This document shows, in pieces, positions 39,686 to 51,140 of a stretch of DNA of 64,000 bases. Position 1 is the first letter of the stretch. Each line of letters starts with the position of its first letter. Under the pieces are notes generated by a model. It ran no database searches. It was given only the letters and a program-made list of their open reading frames with translations, and had not been told where the DNA came from. This DNA is from an uncultured Propionivibrio sp. (lineage in GTDB: Bacteria; Pseudomonadota; Gammaproteobacteria; Burkholderiales; Rhodocyclaceae), in contig CAZNQL010000017.1 of the NCBI GenBank assembly GCA_964575415.1, positions 127 to 64,126 of the forward strand. Direction: 5' to 3'. Position numbers and translations under genes: made by a program.

Positions 39686-40483
39686 TTACGCTTTCTGATG
39701 CTTCTCGATGACCTGCAGCAATTGGGCAAAAACCTTGGGCGAGCCACCGACGATGTTGCCGGTCTTCATGTAGGTTTGGCCGCCGGAGAGGTCACTGACC
39801 AGGCCGCCGGCTTCGGTGATGAGCAGGCATCCCGCCGCCATGTCCCAAGGGGACAGGCCGAATTCCCAGAAGCCGTCGAGGCGTCCGCAGGCGACGTAGG
39901 CAAGATCGAGTGAAGCGGCGCCGGGGCGGCGTAGCCCCGCCGCGCCTTGCGCCAGATCCTTGAAGATGCTCATGTAGGAATCGAGCTGGTTGAAGACGCG
40001 GTAGGGGAAGCCGGTGCCGATCAGCGCGTCTTCGAGCTTGAGGCATTTGCTGACGCGGATGCGGCGCTCGTTGAGGAAAGCACCGCCGCCCTTGCTGGCC
40101 GTAAACATCTCGTTACGCAGGGTGTCGTAGACGACGGCCTGGTTCATTTGCCCTTTATAGGCCAAACCGATCGAGACGGCGTATTGCGGGAAGCCGTGGA
40201 TGAAATTGGTCGTGCCGTCGAGCGGGTCGATGATCCATTGGTAGTTGTTGCCGTCCCCTGTGCCCGGGGTTTCGCCGGACTCTTCTGCTAGAATCCCGTA
40301 ATCGGGATACGCTTCGCGCAGAACTTCGATGATGGCTGCTTCGGCGGCTCTGTCGACTTCGGTGACGAAATCGCTCTGCTGCTTGCGGGTGATTTTGAGG
40401 TGCTCGATGTCCTGCGAGGCGCGGTTGATGATCTGGCTGGCGCGGCGCGCGGCCTTGACCATGATGTTCAGTGCTGGATGCAT
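39686..40483 (-). CDS. suhB: Inositol monophosphatase SuhB
   Basis: MHPALNI.VKAAR, WIIDPLDGTTNF, GAASLDL, PWDMAAG. Confidence 0.95.
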   Translation of the reverse strand: MHPALNIMVKAARRASQIINRASQDIEHLKITRKQQSDFVTEVDRAAEAAIIEVLREAYPDYGILAEESGETPGTGDGNNYQWIIDPLDGTTNFIHGFPQYAVSIGLAYKGQMNQAVVYDTLRNEMFTASKGGGAFLNERRIRVSKCLKLEDALIGTGFPYRVFNQLDSYMSIFKDLAQGAAGLRRPGAASLDLAYVACGRLDGFWEFGLSPWDMAAGCLLITEAGGLVSDLSGGQTYMKTGNIVGGSPKVFAQLLQVIEKHQKA

Positions 40484-40563
40484 GGCGTGTCTTTATAAAA
40501 TCCGACGGGCGGCCAGTGGATGCTGGTTCCGCCCGATTCGTTTGTGGAATCGCGTATTTTAAT

Positions 40564-41355
40564 ATGAACCAGCCCTCGGCGTCTCCTTCTCCACGGTTGT
40601 CTCCCGAGGAATTGCTCGGCAGAATTCGCATCGTGCTTTCCCATCCCAGTCATCCGGGCAATATCGGCGCGGCGGCGCGGGCGATGAAAACGATGGGGCT
40701 CTCCCGTCTTTGTCTTGTCAATCCCAAGCTGTTCCCAGATGCCGAGGCGACGGCGCGCGCGGCGGGAGCGGCGGGAGCGGATGACATTCTCGAGCAAGCG
40801 GTGATTTGTTCGAGCCTGGACGAGGCGTTGGCCGGGACGATATTCGCTGTCGCTTTGTCAGCACGGCACCGCAATCTCGGTCCGACGCCGTTACCGGCGC
40901 GCGAAGCGGCACCAGAAATCCGGACGTTGGCGGCACAAGGGGATGTCGCCCTGGTGTTCGGCAACGAGACCAAGGGCTTGTCCAATGAGGAAGTGCAACG
41001 CTGTCGGCGTACGGTGTTCATTGCAGCCAATCCGGAATACACCTCGCTCAACCTGGGCGCGGCGGTCCAGCTCTTGTGCTATGAGCTGCGTCTCGCTGTG
41101 TTCGGCGGCACGCCGCCGGTGCAGACCAAAGCCGTCGCTTTTTCCTCGCCCCTGGCGACCAGCGACGATGTCGAGCGCTTCTATTCTCATCTGGAACGAG
41201 TGATGGTCGCGACCGGCTTTCTCGATCCGCAGCAGCCCAAGCGGCTGATGCCGAAACTGCGCCGGCTTTTCGGGCGCACTGAATTGGAACGGGATGAAAT
41301 CAACATCCTGCGTGGCATTCTCGATGCCGTCGATAAGAATTTGCCTGGGCGATGA
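40564..41355 (+). CDS. trmJ: tRNA (C32/U32) 2'-O-methyltransferase TrmJ
   Basis: PSHPGNIGAAARAMKTMG, FGNE..GL, SLNLG.AVQ, ILRGIL. Confidence 0.93.
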   Translation: MNQPSASPSPRLSPEELLGRIRIVLSHPSHPGNIGAAARAMKTMGLSRLCLVNPKLFPDAEATARAAGAAGADDILEQAVICSSLDEALAGTIFAVALSARHRNLGPTPLPAREAAPEIRTLAAQGDVALVFGNETKGLSNEEVQRCRRTVFIAANPEYTSLNLGAAVQLLCYELRLAVFGGTPPVQTKAVAFSSPLATSDDVERFYSHLERVMVATGFLDPQQPKRLMPKLRRLFGRTELERDEINILRGILDAVDKNLPGR

Positions 41356-41379
41356 TGTGTTCAGGAAACTTGTCTGAAT

Positions 41380-41404
41380 AATGTTGATAGAAACAGTCGG
41401 GTAT
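41380..41404. promoter_or_regulatory. IscR type-1-like site upstream of cysE
   Basis: AATGTTGATAGAAACAGTCGGGTAT; right half fits YAGTCRRSTAT exactly. Confidence 0.65.
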
Positions 41405-41444
41405 TCTAGAATTAGCCCCAAGGACTTAATGGAGATTCACTTTC

Positions 41445-42197
41445 ATGTTTAGTCGCTTGCGTGATGACATCAATTCGGTATTTGCCAGAGATCCGGCCGC
41501 TCGGACGCGCTGGGAAATCCTGACCTGCTACCCCGGCATTCATGCGGCGCAGATGCATCGTCTCGCGCACTGGTTCTGGATGCACAGAATGCGTTGGCTC
41601 GGTCGTTTCGTATCACACATTTCGCGTTTCCTGACCGGCATCGAAATTCACCCGGGCGCGACTATCGGCCGCCGCTTTTTCATCGATCACGGGATGGGGG
41701 TGGTGATCGGGGAAACAGCAGTCATCGGTGACGACGTCACGCTCTATCACGGCGTGACGCTGGGCGGAACGTCATGGGCGAAAGGCAAACGCCATCCGAC
41801 ACTCGAAGATGGTGTCGTGATTGGCGCCGGCGCACAGGTCCTCGGTCCGATCACGATCGGCGCAGGCGCCAAAGTCGGTTCAAACGCCGTTGTCGTCAAG
41901 CCGGTGCCGCCGGGAACGACCGCAGTGGGCAATCCGGCGCGCATCATCGATACGGCGCAGGCCGAGAAGCGCGAGGAAAAGGCCGGACAGATGGGGTTTT
42001 CAGCCTATGCGCTTGGCGGCAAGCAAGACGACCCGCTGGCCAAGGCGATCCACGGCTTGCTGGATCATGCCGTGGAAACCGACCGCCGAATCGAGTTGCT
42101 CCGCAAGAAACTTGAAAATTCGGGGGTTTCGGTTGAGGATGAACTGGCGACGGCTGACAAGTTTGACCCGAAATACCTGAGTAAAATTGTTGACTAA
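41445..42197 (+). CDS. cysE: Serine O-acetyltransferase
   Basis: [33 protein letters not shown]. Confidence 0.96.
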   Translation: MFSRLRDDINSVFARDPAARTRWEILTCYPGIHAAQMHRLAHWFWMHRMRWLGRFVSHISRFLTGIEIHPGATIGRRFFIDHGMGVVIGETAVIGDDVTLYHGVTLGGTSWAKGKRHPTLEDGVVIGAGAQVLGPITIGAGAKVGSNAVVVKPVPPGTTAVGNPARIIDTAQAEKREEKAGQMGFSAYALGGKQDDPLAKAIHGLLDHAVETDRRIELLRKKLENSGVSVEDELATADKFDPKYLSKIVD

Positions 42198-42214
42198 TTG
42201 GCGGTGTTTTCTTT

Positions 42215-42239
42215 ATAGTTGATGAAAATAGTCAGGTAC
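42215..42239. promoter_or_regulatory. IscR type-1 site upstream of iscR
   Basis: ATAGTTGATGAAAATAGTCAGGTAC against consensus ATASYYGACTRWWWYAGTCRRSTAT. Confidence 0.75.
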
Positions 42240-42254
42240 TGATAAGGAGCAACC

Positions 42255-42746
42255 ATGCGACTGACCACCAAAGGTCGTTTCGCCGTGACTGCGATGATTG
42301 ATCTTGGATTGCGCGGTACGGACGGGCCGGTCACTCTGGCGGGCATCAGCGAACGCCAAAAAATTTCGTTGTCTTATCTGGAGCAATTGTTCGGTAAATT
42401 GCGTCACCGACACTTGGTCGATAGCGTGCGCGGGCCCGGGGGCGGCTATTGCCTGGCGCGGCCGGCGGAGCAGATCAGCGTTGCCGATATCGTGCGTGCG
42501 GTCGACGAGGCGCTCGATGCGACGCAATGCGGCGGTCACGAGAATTGCAAGCGCGAGGAGCGCTGCATGAACCACGATCTGTGGACAAACCTGAACGCCA
42601 GGATGTACGAGTATCTGGATTCGGTCAGCCTGCACGATCTTGTGGATCAGCAGTTGCGCAAGGCGAGTGGCGAACAGGCCGTGCTTGTTGACGAGCGAAA
42701 GACGGTTTCGGGTTCGAAGACGAATTCGATGAGCGCCATTGTCTGA
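42255..42746 (+). CDS. iscR: Fe-S cluster regulator IscR
   Basis: MRLTTKGRFAVTAM, SLSYLEQLF, RGPGGGY, three Cys plus H ligands. Confidence 0.96.
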   Translation: MRLTTKGRFAVTAMIDLGLRGTDGPVTLAGISERQKISLSYLEQLFGKLRHRHLVDSVRGPGGGYCLARPAEQISVADIVRAVDEALDATQCGGHENCKREERCMNHDLWTNLNARMYEYLDSVSLHDLVDQQLRKASGEQAVLVDERKTVSGSKTNSMSAIV

Positions 42747-42751
42747 CCACG

Positions 42752-43909
42752 ATGTTTGCCCCGGTCTTTTTCGATCACAACGCGACAACGCCGTTGCGGC
42801 CGCAGGTGCTGGACGCGATGCTGCCTTGGTTGAGCGAGCACTTCGGCAATGCGTCGAGCCGCCACGAGTACGGTCGCGCCGCGCGACGGGCGATCGACGA
42901 GGCGCGCGGGCAAGTGGCGGCGGCTGTCGGGGCGCATCCGACAGAGGTGGTTTTTACCAGCGGCGGCAGCGAGGCCAACAACCTCTTTCTCAAGGGTGCA
43001 GCGGCTTGCCTGAAGCCCGGTTTGCTGGCGGTTGGTGCCATCGAGCATCCGTGCGTGATCAAGCCGGCGGAACAACTGGCGCGTCGAGGTTGGATGCTGG
43101 AGAAGCTGGCTGTCGATGGTGAAGGGCGGATCGATACGGCGAATTTCGAGGCGGTCATGGCGCGCAAGCCGAAGCTGGTTTCGGTGATGACGGCCAACAA
43201 CGAAACGGGCGTCTTGCAGGACATCGAGGTGCTGGCTGGGCTAGCGAAACCTTCCAACGCCTGGTTTCACACCGATGCCGTGCAGGCGTTGGGCAAGGAG
43301 GCGGTCGATTTTCGCCGCTGGAATGCGGCTGGCGTGCATGGCATGACGATCTCGGCGCACAAGATCGGCGGACCGAAGGGCACAGCAGCTTTGTTGCTGG
43401 ATAAGCGCGTCGAACTTGAACCTTTGATCGCTGGCGGCGGTCATGAACGTGGGTTGCGTTCGGGGACCGAGAATGTTGCCGCCATCGTTGGCTTTGGTCG
43501 GGCGTGCGAATTGGCGGTGAAGGAGTTGGCCGATTACCGCATGCAGCTGCCGGCCTTACGTGAGCGTTTGGAGCGCGGTCTCGTTGAAATGGGGGCGACG
43601 CTGTTTTCGTCCGAAACCTCGCGTTTGCCGAATACGGTGTATTTCGCCTGGCCCGATCTGGGCGGCGAGACGCTGGTTGGCCAACTTGACCGGGCCGGAT
43701 TTGCGGTCGCCAGCGGCGCGGCGTGTTCGAGTGCGAATCCCGAACCTTCGCATGTCCTGCAGGCGATGGGTGTGCCGTCACAATTGGCGCGCGGTGCTGT
43801 GCGCGTCAGTCTTGGCATGGCCAATACGGTAGAACAGATTGACGAATTTTTATCGACGCTGCAGAGCACGGTGTCGAAACTGCAACACATGATCGCGATG
43901 GCGGTCTGA
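42752..43909 (+). CDS. Additional group I cysteine desulfurase
   Basis: [35 protein letters not shown]. Confidence 0.92.
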   Translation: MFAPVFFDHNATTPLRPQVLDAMLPWLSEHFGNASSRHEYGRAARRAIDEARGQVAAAVGAHPTEVVFTSGGSEANNLFLKGAAACLKPGLLAVGAIEHPCVIKPAEQLARRGWMLEKLAVDGEGRIDTANFEAVMARKPKLVSVMTANNETGVLQDIEVLAGLAKPSNAWFHTDAVQALGKEAVDFRRWNAAGVHGMTISAHKIGGPKGTAALLLDKRVELEPLIAGGGHERGLRSGTENVAAIVGFGRACELAVKELADYRMQLPALRERLERGLVEMGATLFSSETSRLPNTVYFAWPDLGGETLVGQLDRAGFAVASGAACSSANPEPSHVLQAMGVPSQLARGAVRVSLGMANTVEQIDEFLSTLQSTVSKLQHMIAMAV

Positions 43910-43935
43910 TTGAATCTCACCATGGAGTACGTGAA

Positions 43936-45147
43936 ATGCTGAAACTGCCGATTTATCTCGATTATTCGGCGACCACGCCGGTCGATCCCCGCGTGGCGGA
44001 GAAAATGATTCCCTACCTCGTCGAAAATTTCGGCAATCCCGCGTCTCGTTCGCACAGCTTCGGCTGGAAGGCCGAAGCCGCCGTCGAGGAAGCACGGGAG
44101 GAAGTTGCGAAGCTCGTTAATGCCGATTCCAAGGAAATCGTCTGGACCTCCGGGGCGACGGAGTCCAACAACCTGGCGATCAAGGGCGCGGCGCATTTCT
44201 ATTCCGGCAAGGGCAAGCATCTGGTGACGGTCAAGACCGAGCATAAGGCAGTCCTCGATACCTGTCGCGAACTGGAGCGCCAGGGGTTCGAGGTCACCTA
44301 TCTCGACGTGCAGGAGAACGGTCTGATCGACCTCGAAGCGTTCAAGGCTGCACTGCGCTCGGATACCATCCTGGCCTCGGTGATGTTCGTGAACAACGAA
44401 ATTGGCGTCATTCAGCCGGTTGCCGAAATCGGGGAAATCTGTCGCGAGAAAGGCATCATTTTTCATGTCGATGCGGCGCAGGCGACGGGCAAGGTCGATA
44501 TCGATCTCGGAGCACTCAAGGTCGACCTGATGAGTTTTTCGGCACACAAGACCTACGGTCCGAAGGGCATCGGCGCCTTGTACATCCGGCGCAAGCCACG
44601 CGTTCGCCTGGAGGCGCTGATGCACGGCGGCGGTCATGAGCGCGGTTTCCGTTCCGGGACGCTGCCAACGCATCAGATTGTCGGTATGGGCGAGGCCTTC
44701 CGCATTGCCCGCGAGGAAATGGCGGAAGAGAACCTGCGCATCGGTAAGCTGCGCGACAAGTTGCTGAAGGGCCTCACCGATATCGAACAGGTGTACATCA
44801 ACGGCGACATGGAACACCGCGTTCCGCACAACCTGAACATCAGTTTCGCCTATGTCGAGGGCGAGTCGATGTTGATGGCGATCAAGGATCTGGCGGTATC
44901 GTCCGGCTCGGCTTGTACCTCGGCCTCGCTTGAGCCTTCGTATGTGCTGCGCGCGCTTGGTCGTGACGATGAATTGGCGCACAGTTCGATCCGGTTTACA
45001 TTGGGTCGCTTCACTACTGAAGAGGAAATCGACTACGCGATCAAGTTGTTACATGAAAAAATCGGCAAGCTGCGCGAACTTTCGCCGTTGTGGGAAATGG
45101 TGCAGGAAGGTGTCGACCTCTCCACGGTCCAGTGGGCCGCGCATTAA
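43936..45147 (+). CDS. iscS: Cysteine desulfurase IscS
   Basis: [38 protein letters not shown] end. Confidence 0.97.
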   Translation: MLKLPIYLDYSATTPVDPRVAEKMIPYLVENFGNPASRSHSFGWKAEAAVEEAREEVAKLVNADSKEIVWTSGATESNNLAIKGAAHFYSGKGKHLVTVKTEHKAVLDTCRELERQGFEVTYLDVQENGLIDLEAFKAALRSDTILASVMFVNNEIGVIQPVAEIGEICREKGIIFHVDAAQATGKVDIDLGALKVDLMSFSAHKTYGPKGIGALYIRRKPRVRLEALMHGGGHERGFRSGTLPTHQIVGMGEAFRIAREEMAEENLRIGKLRDKLLKGLTDIEQVYINGDMEHRVPHNLNISFAYVEGESMLMAIKDLAVSSGSACTSASLEPSYVLRALGRDDELAHSSIRFTLGRFTTEEEIDYAIKLLHEKIGKLRELSPLWEMVQEGVDLSTVQWAAH

Positions 45148-45171
45148 GTCAGGATTAAAGGAGTAATCACT

Positions 45172-45558
45172 ATGTCATATAGCGAAAAAGTGCTGGATCA
45201 TTATGAAAACCCGCGTAACGTCGGTTCTTTCGGCAAGGAAGAAGAGGGCGTGGCGACCGGCATGGTCGGGGCGCCGGCTTGCGGCGACGTGATGAAGCTG
45301 CAGATCAAGGTCGGCAAGGATGGCGTTATCGAAGACGCCAAGTTCAAGACCTATGGCTGCGGGTCGGCGATCGCCTCGTCGTCGCTGGTCACGGAGTGGG
45401 TGAAGGGCAAGACGATCGAACAGGTGCTGGAGATCAAAAATACGCAGATCGCCGAGGAGCTGGCCTTGCCGCCCGTGAAAATCCATTGCTCGATTCTTGC
45501 GGAAGACGCCATCAAGGCGGCGGTCGCCGATTACAAGAAAAAGCAGGGCAGCGAATAA
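45172..45558 (+). CDS. iscU: Scaffold IscU
   Basis: [25 protein letters not shown]. Confidence 0.97.
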   Translation: MSYSEKVLDHYENPRNVGSFGKEEEGVATGMVGAPACGDVMKLQIKVGKDGVIEDAKFKTYGCGSAIASSSLVTEWVKGKTIEQVLEIKNTQIAEELALPPVKIHCSILAEDAIKAAVADYKKKQGSE

Positions 45559-45590
45559 TCCGCCTAGAGGGCTATGAAGGAGAAACTGAA

Positions 45591-45914
45591 ATGGCGGTGA
45601 CGCTTACCGAAAAGGCTGCAAAGCATGTGGCCAACTATATGGCCAAGCGCGGCAAGGGGATCGGCCTGCGGCTCGGCGTGCGTACGAGCGGCTGTTCCGG
45701 TGTCGCGTACAAGTTGGAGTTCGTCGATGTTCTGGAGTCGGACGATCTGGAGTTCGAGTCGCATGGCGTCAAGGTTATGGTCGACAGCAAGAGCTTGCCT
45801 TACCTCGACGGCACCGAACTCGATTATGCGCGTGAGGGTTTGAATGAGGGGTTCAAGTTCAACAACCCGAACGTCAAGGACGCTTGCGGTTGCGGCGAGA
45901 GCTTCAGCGTTTAG
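45591..45914 (+). CDS. iscA: IscA
   Basis: SGCSG..Y, F.FNNPN....CGCGESF. Confidence 0.96.
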   Translation: MAVTLTEKAAKHVANYMAKRGKGIGLRLGVRTSGCSGVAYKLEFVDVLESDDLEFESHGVKVMVDSKSLPYLDGTELDYAREGLNEGFKFNNPNVKDACGCGESFSV

Positions 45915-45934
45915 TTGACTTGCCTTGATAGACA

Positions 45935-46471
45935 ATGACGACGATGGATTTCAACGCTGACCATTTTGCGCTGTTTCAGCAGCCGTGCCGGTTTAGACAG
46001 GACGTTGCCCTGCTCGACAAGCGTTATATCGACGCTCAGGCGCAAGTGCACCCGGACCGCTTCGCGCATGCTGGCGAGGCCGAACGCCGGCTTTCGCTGC
46101 AATGGGCGACTCGTGTTAACGAGGCCTACCAGACGCTGAAGAAGCCGTTGACGCGTGCAAAGTATCTGCTCATGCTCGCTGGCCACGATTTGGGCGAAGA
46201 GAACAATACGGCGATGCCCGCAGATTTCCTGATGGAGCAGATGGAATGGCGCGAAGCCTTGGAGGAAGCCCGAACTGCGGGGAATCATCATGAACTGGAA
46301 GCCATGCACCGGCGTATCCGTCAACGCATGAACGACAGTTATGAAGAAATCGCCGTTCTGCTAGATGACAAGGAAGACCATGTGTCTGCGGCGGCATGCG
46401 TCCGGCGTCTGATGTTTCTCGAAAAACTCCTGGCGGACATCGATGAGGCTATCGCCTCGCTCGAAGAATAG
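45935..46471 (+). CDS. hscB: Co-chaperone HscB
   Basis: J-domain HPD, NEAYQTLK.P..RA.YL, FLMEQMEWRE. Confidence 0.95.
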   Translation: MTTMDFNADHFALFQQPCRFRQDVALLDKRYIDAQAQVHPDRFAHAGEAERRLSLQWATRVNEAYQTLKKPLTRAKYLLMLAGHDLGEENNTAMPADFLMEQMEWREALEEARTAGNHHELEAMHRRIRQRMNDSYEEIAVLLDDKEDHVSAAACVRRLMFLEKLLADIDEAIASLEE

Positions 46472-46531
46472 GCCGCGCTTCCAGTCAAGCGACGCGCGAA
46501 GAAATCGACTCAACAAGGGAACAACATTCTG

Positions 46532-48436
46532 ATGTCACTTTTACAGATCGCAGAACCTGGGGAATCGGCGGCGCCGCACCAGCACAAGCTGGCGGTCGGT
46601 ATCGATCTCGGCACAACCAATTCTCTCGTCGCCACGGTGCGCAGCGGCATGTCGGTCGTCATCAGCGACGAACTGGGGCGCCCCTTGCTGCCTTCGGTCG
46701 TGCACTACCGTGCCGACGGTGACAAGATCGTCGGCTACGAGGCCGAGGCTCAGAAGGCGGTCGATCCACGCAACGTCATCGTTTCGGCGAAGCGTTTCAT
46801 GGGGCGCGGTCTCAAGGACATCGCCCACCGTGAGTCGATGCCCTACGATTTCGAAGACAATCCCGACATGGTTCGCCTGCGCACGGTGGCCGGCGTCAAG
46901 AGTCCGGTCGAAGTGTCGGCGGAAATTCTGAACGTCTTGCGCAAGCGCGCCGAGGCTGCGCTTGGCGGTACCCTGGTGGGCGCGGTGATCACCGTTCCGG
47001 CTTACTTCGACGATGCCCAGCGCCAAGCGACCAAGGACGCGGCGAAACTGGCCGGCATCAATATGCTGCGCTTGCTCAACGAGCCAACAGCGGCGGCTAT
47101 CGCTTACGGTCTCGACAATGCGGCGGAGGGTGTCTACGCCGTCTATGACCTCGGTGGCGGAACCTTCGATATTTCGATTCTGCGCTTGTCCCGAGGCGTG
47201 TTCGAAGTGTTGTCCACCGGCGGCGATTCGTCGCTCGGCGGTGACGATTTCGATCAGCGGATTTTCTGCTGGATCATCGAGGCGGCCGGACTCAAGCCGC
47301 TTTCCGCTGGGGATGCGCGGCTCCTGCTGACAAGCGCGCGCGAGGCCAAGGAATACCTGACGCAGCATGCCGTGGCGCCGATTGCCGCACGACTTGCCAG
47401 CGGCGAGGAAGTTGATCTCAAACTGACGACGGAAATTTTCACCGAGATCAGCAAAACGCTGGTGACCAAGACCATCCAGCCGGTGCGCAAGGCCTTGCGC
47501 GACGCCGGACTGACGGTTGAGGACGTAAAGGGCGTGGTCATGGTCGGCGGGGCAACCCGCATGCCGCAAATTCAGCGTGCGGTCGGCGAGTTCTTTGGTC
47601 AGGCACCATTGAATAATCTTGATCCGGACAAGGTGGTCGCCCTCGGTGCCGCAACGCAGGCCAATCTCCTTGCCGGTAATCTGACCGGCGACGACAACTG
47701 GTTGCTGCTTGACGTCATTCCCTTGTCGCTCGGTCTGGAAACCATGGGGGGGCTGGTCGAGCGGATTATTCCGCGCAATTCGACAATTCCTGTGGAGCGT
47801 GCTCAGGAATTTACGACCTTCAAGGACGGCCAGACCGCGCTTGCGGTTCACGTGATTCAGGGCGAGCGCGATCTGGTGAGCGATTGCCGTTCTCTGGCGC
47901 GTTTCGAACTACGCGGGATTCCGCCGATGGTGGCCGGGGCAGCAAGAATCCGGGTAACTTTTCAGGTCGATGCCGATGGCTTGTTGTCGGTCACGGCCCG
48001 AGAGATGACGACCGGCGTCGAATCGAGTATTACCGTCAAACCTTCGTACGGGCTTTCCGACGATGAAGTGGCGAGCATGCTCAAGGATTCGATGCTGCAT
48101 AGCAAGGACGATGCGCTCCGTCGCGCGCTCAAGGAATCCCAGGTCGAGGCACAGCGGCTGATCGAGGCGGTGCAATCGGCGTTGCGCAACGATGGGGAGC
48201 TTCTTGCCGACGAGCAGCGCGGCAAGATCGAGGCGGCGATTTCCCGGTTGCAGGACGCTGTGCTTGGCGAGGACAAGCAACAGTTGGGGGTGGCAATGAA
48301 TGACCTCGAAGCCGAAACGCGCGAATTCGCTGCGAAGCGCATGGATAAGTCGATTCGTACCGTCTTTGCCGGTAAAAATATTGACGAACTGGAAAGTGTC
48401 GCAGCATCGGAAAAGTCTTCAGGAGAGAGAGCATGA
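46532..48436 (+). CDS. hscA: Hsp70 chaperone HscA
   Basis: [36 protein letters not shown]. Confidence 0.97.
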   Translation: MSLLQIAEPGESAAPHQHKLAVGIDLGTTNSLVATVRSGMSVVISDELGRPLLPSVVHYRADGDKIVGYEAEAQKAVDPRNVIVSAKRFMGRGLKDIAHRESMPYDFEDNPDMVRLRTVAGVKSPVEVSAEILNVLRKRAEAALGGTLVGAVITVPAYFDDAQRQATKDAAKLAGINMLRLLNEPTAAAIAYGLDNAAEGVYAVYDLGGGTFDISILRLSRGVFEVLSTGGDSSLGGDDFDQRIFCWIIEAAGLKPLSAGDARLLLTSAREAKEYLTQHAVAPIAARLASGEEVDLKLTTEIFTEISKTLVTKTIQPVRKALRDAGLTVEDVKGVVMVGGATRMPQIQRAVGEFFGQAPLNNLDPDKVVALGAATQANLLAGNLTGDDNWLLLDVIPLSLGLETMGGLVERIIPRNSTIPVERAQEFTTFKDGQTALAVHVIQGERDLVSDCRSLARFELRGIPPMVAGAARIRVTFQVDADGLLSVTAREMTTGVESSITVKPSYGLSDDEVASMLKDSMLHSKDDALRRALKESQVEAQRLIEAVQSALRNDGELLADEQRGKIEAAISRLQDAVLGEDKQQLGVAMNDLEAETREFAAKRMDKSIRTVFAGKNIDELESVAASEKSSGERA

Positions 48437-48774
48437 CGCAGATCATTGTTCTTCCGCACATCGAGCTTTGCCCGGAAGGCGCGGTTATTGAGGCTAAGCC
48501 GGGGGAATCGATTTGCCATAATCTGCTCGACAATGGAATCCCCATCGAGCATGCCTGTGAAATGTCCTGCGCCTGCACGACCTGTCACGTCATCGTTCGC
48601 GAAGGTTTCGAAGCTCTGGAACCTTCGGAAGAGTTGGAGGATGATCTGCTCGACAAGGCTTGGGGGTTGGAGCCGAATTCACGCCTGTCCTGTCAGGCCA
48701 TCGTCAATGAAACGCCACTGGTAGTCGAGATTCCGCGTTACTCGATCAATATGGCGAAAGAAGGAAAGCACTAG
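48433..48774 (+). CDS. fdx: ISC [2Fe-2S] ferredoxin
   Basis: [19 protein letters not shown]. Confidence 0.96.
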   Translation: MTQIIVLPHIELCPEGAVIEAKPGESICHNLLDNGIPIEHACEMSCACTTCHVIVREGFEALEPSEELEDDLLDKAWGLEPNSRLSCQAIVNETPLVVEIPRYSINMAKEGKH

Positions 48775-48785
48775 GAGATACCGGG

Positions 48786-48980
48786 ATGAAATGGACCGAC
48801 GTCAACGATCTTGCCATCGAGCTTTCGGAAACCCATCCCGATGTGGATCCGCTCCGGGTTAATTTCGTCGATTTGATGAACTGGGTCGTCGCCTTGCCCG
48901 GTTTCGACGACGATCCGAAGCATTGTGGCGAAAAAATCCTGGAGGCGATCCAGCAGGCGTGGATCGACGAGGTGTCATGA
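48786..48980 (+). CDS. iscX: IscX (YfhJ)
   Basis: MKWTD..D.A..L...HPD.DP, EKILEAIQ..W. Confidence 0.94.
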   Translation: MKWTDVNDLAIELSETHPDVDPLRVNFVDLMNWVVALPGFDDDPKHCGEKILEAIQQAWIDEVS

Positions 48981-51140
48981 ATTGATGGCCAGGCAGCGTT
49001 TCTCGCGGATCATGCGTTCGAATTCCGTCGCGGTGACCGGTGGGCTGAACAGGTAGCCCTGCAATTGGTCGCAGCCGAGGTGGCGCATGAAATGCATTTG
49101 GGCCTTGGTTTCGACGCCTTCCGCGACGATTTCCTGTCTTAACTGCTTGCCCATGGTGACAATCGCCTGGGCAATCGCGCAGTCGTTTTCATCACCCGGT
49201 ACACCGACAACAAAACTACGATCGATCTTGAGCGTCGAAATCGGGAAGCGCTTGAGATAGGCGAGGCTGGAGTAGCCGGTACCGAAATCGTCCAGGGACA
49301 GGGTGAAACCCATGGCCACCAGTTCGTTCATGATGGGGACGATGATTTCCGGTCCGCGCATCAGCAGACTTTCGGTGATTTCGAGTTTTAGCCATCGACT
49401 AGAGATTTGGTGGCGCGCGATGCTTTCCTGCAAACGTTGCGGAAGCATGGGATCGAACTGTTTGGCTGAAAGATTGATAGCCACGGGAACATGTTCGATA
49501 TTGGCATCTTTCCAGGCGCGAATTTGTCGGCAAGCTTCGTCCAGAATCCAAGCACCCAGTTCATAAATCAATCCCGTTTCTTCGGCGACGGGGATGAATT
49601 TCCCCGGCGGGATGAAGCCATGCTGGCGATGGTTCCAGCGGGCGAGGGCTTCGGCGCCAACGATGCGTCCATTGCGCAGGCTGACTTTAGGCTGGTAGTG
49701 CAGTTGCAGTTCGCAATTGACCAACGCTTGCCTGAGTTCGCTCTCGAGCGTCCATTGTTCCCAGGCTCGCTCGTTCATTTCCGGGCTGTAGAACAGGTAT
49801 CCCGGCGCCTTGTTGCCCTTGACCCGTTTTCTTGCCACGTCGGCGCACTGCAATAGCGTCGCGGTGTCGTTCGCGTCCTCAGGGTAAATGGCGATGCCGA
49901 TGCTGGCGCCGATATGCAGGGCTTGCGAGTCGATGAGGAAGGGAAGCTCCAGAGCAAGGAGAAGTTTATTAGCGACCAAGCCAGCGTGTTCTTTTTTCTG
50001 AATGTCGACAAGACCGACGACGAATTCGTCCGAACCAATTCGGGCGAGGATGTCTTCATCGCGCAAGGCTTGCCGAAAGCGCTGGCCAGTCTGGCGCAGC
50101 AATTCGTCGCCGGCCGCGTGTCCGAGGGTGTCATTGACCGAAGTGAAGCGATTGAGATTGACGATCATCAGTGCGCCGTGATCGTTTTTACGTCGCGCTT
50201 CGAGCAAGGCTTGTTCAATCAGCTGGTGAAACAGGGTGCGGTTGGGGAGCCCGGTCAGACTGTCATAATTGGCGATGCGCTGCATGCGTTGTTCGGCGGC
50301 GCGAAGGATGCTGATGTCTGAAAAAATGGAATAGGTGTGCGTGATCATGTTGTCGACGCTGCGAACGACGCCGATGGTGACCGATTGCGGAAACTGTTCC
50401 CCGTTTTTCCTTTTGCTGAATATTTCTCCGTGCCAAGCTCCCGATCCTTGCATGGCTTCGCCAATGCGCGCATGCAGATCGGCTTCGTGCCGGCCAGCGC
50501 CAAGAAATTCCGGCGTGCGGCCAATGGACTCGCTCGCCGTATAGCCGGTGATGCGGGTAAACGCCATATTGACCGAAACGATTCGTTCCTCTGCATCGGT
50601 GATCAGGATGCCTTCGTCACTGTTCTCGATAATCAGGGCGTGCAATTTCCTCTTTTCTTCCGCTGACAGGCGGTCCGGCACTTCGGTCAGGCGAGCGATC
50701 ATGCCAATCGAAATATTGTCATCATCTATGACGTGCGATAACGACAGGTTGGCGCGAAAGATCTCGCCGGATTTCTTGCGTCGACGCACTTCAATGATCG
50801 AGCTGCCGTGGTCAAGGAAGAGTTCATTGACGTCACCGTTAAGATCATTCGGTTCATCGGCATAGAGGAAAAGAATATGCTGTCCGATGGCCTCATTTTG
50901 CGCGTAACCGAAGAGTATCTCTGCGCCCCGATTCCATTCGGTAATGTAGCCGGCCATATCCATGGTGATGACGGGCTCGTATTGCAGGGAAGAAACGCCG
51001 AGTGATCGTTCGGCGTGCGATGACTTCAAGCGGACGAGCTCATTCTTCAACTCGTCGAGCAGGCGCGGGCGATCGGTGTCGCTTGCCGTTTGGGACCGGA
51101 CGCAGAGGTCGAGGCATCGATCAAGGTGCAAATCAGGCAT
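48975..51140 (-). CDS. PAS-PAS-GGDEF(GSDEF)-EAL protein
   Basis: Two PAS domains, YDSLTGLPNR, RDED I-site with GSDEF, AEALARW, DDFGTGYSSL. Confidence 0.9.
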   Translation of the reverse strand: MPDLHLDRCLDLCVRSQTASDTDRPRLLDELKNELVRLKSSHAERSLGVSSLQYEPVITMDMAGYITEWNRGAEILFGYAQNEAIGQHILFLYADEPNDLNGDVNELFLDHGSSIIEVRRRKKSGEIFRANLSLSHVIDDDNISIGMIARLTEVPDRLSAEEKRKLHALIIENSDEGILITDAEERIVSVNMAFTRITGYTASESIGRTPEFLGAGRHEADLHARIGEAMQGSGAWHGEIFSKRKNGEQFPQSVTIGVVRSVDNMITHTYSIFSDISILRAAEQRMQRIANYDSLTGLPNRTLFHQLIEQALLEARRKNDHGALMIVNLNRFTSVNDTLGHAAGDELLRQTGQRFRQALRDEDILARIGSDEFVVGLVDIQKKEHAGLVANKLLLALELPFLIDSQALHIGASIGIAIYPEDANDTATLLQCADVARKRVKGNKAPGYLFYSPEMNERAWEQWTLESELRQALVNCELQLHYQPKVSLRNGRIVGAEALARWNHRQHGFIPPGKFIPVAEETGLIYELGAWILDEACRQIRAWKDANIEHVPVAINLSAKQFDPMLPQRLQESIARHQISSRWLKLEITESLLMRGPEIIVPIMNELVAMGFTLSLDDFGTGYSSLAYLKRFPISTLKIDRSFVVGVPGDENDCAIAQAIVTMGKQLRQEIVAEGVETKAQMHFMRHLGCDQLQGYLFSPPVTATEFERMIREKRCLAINS

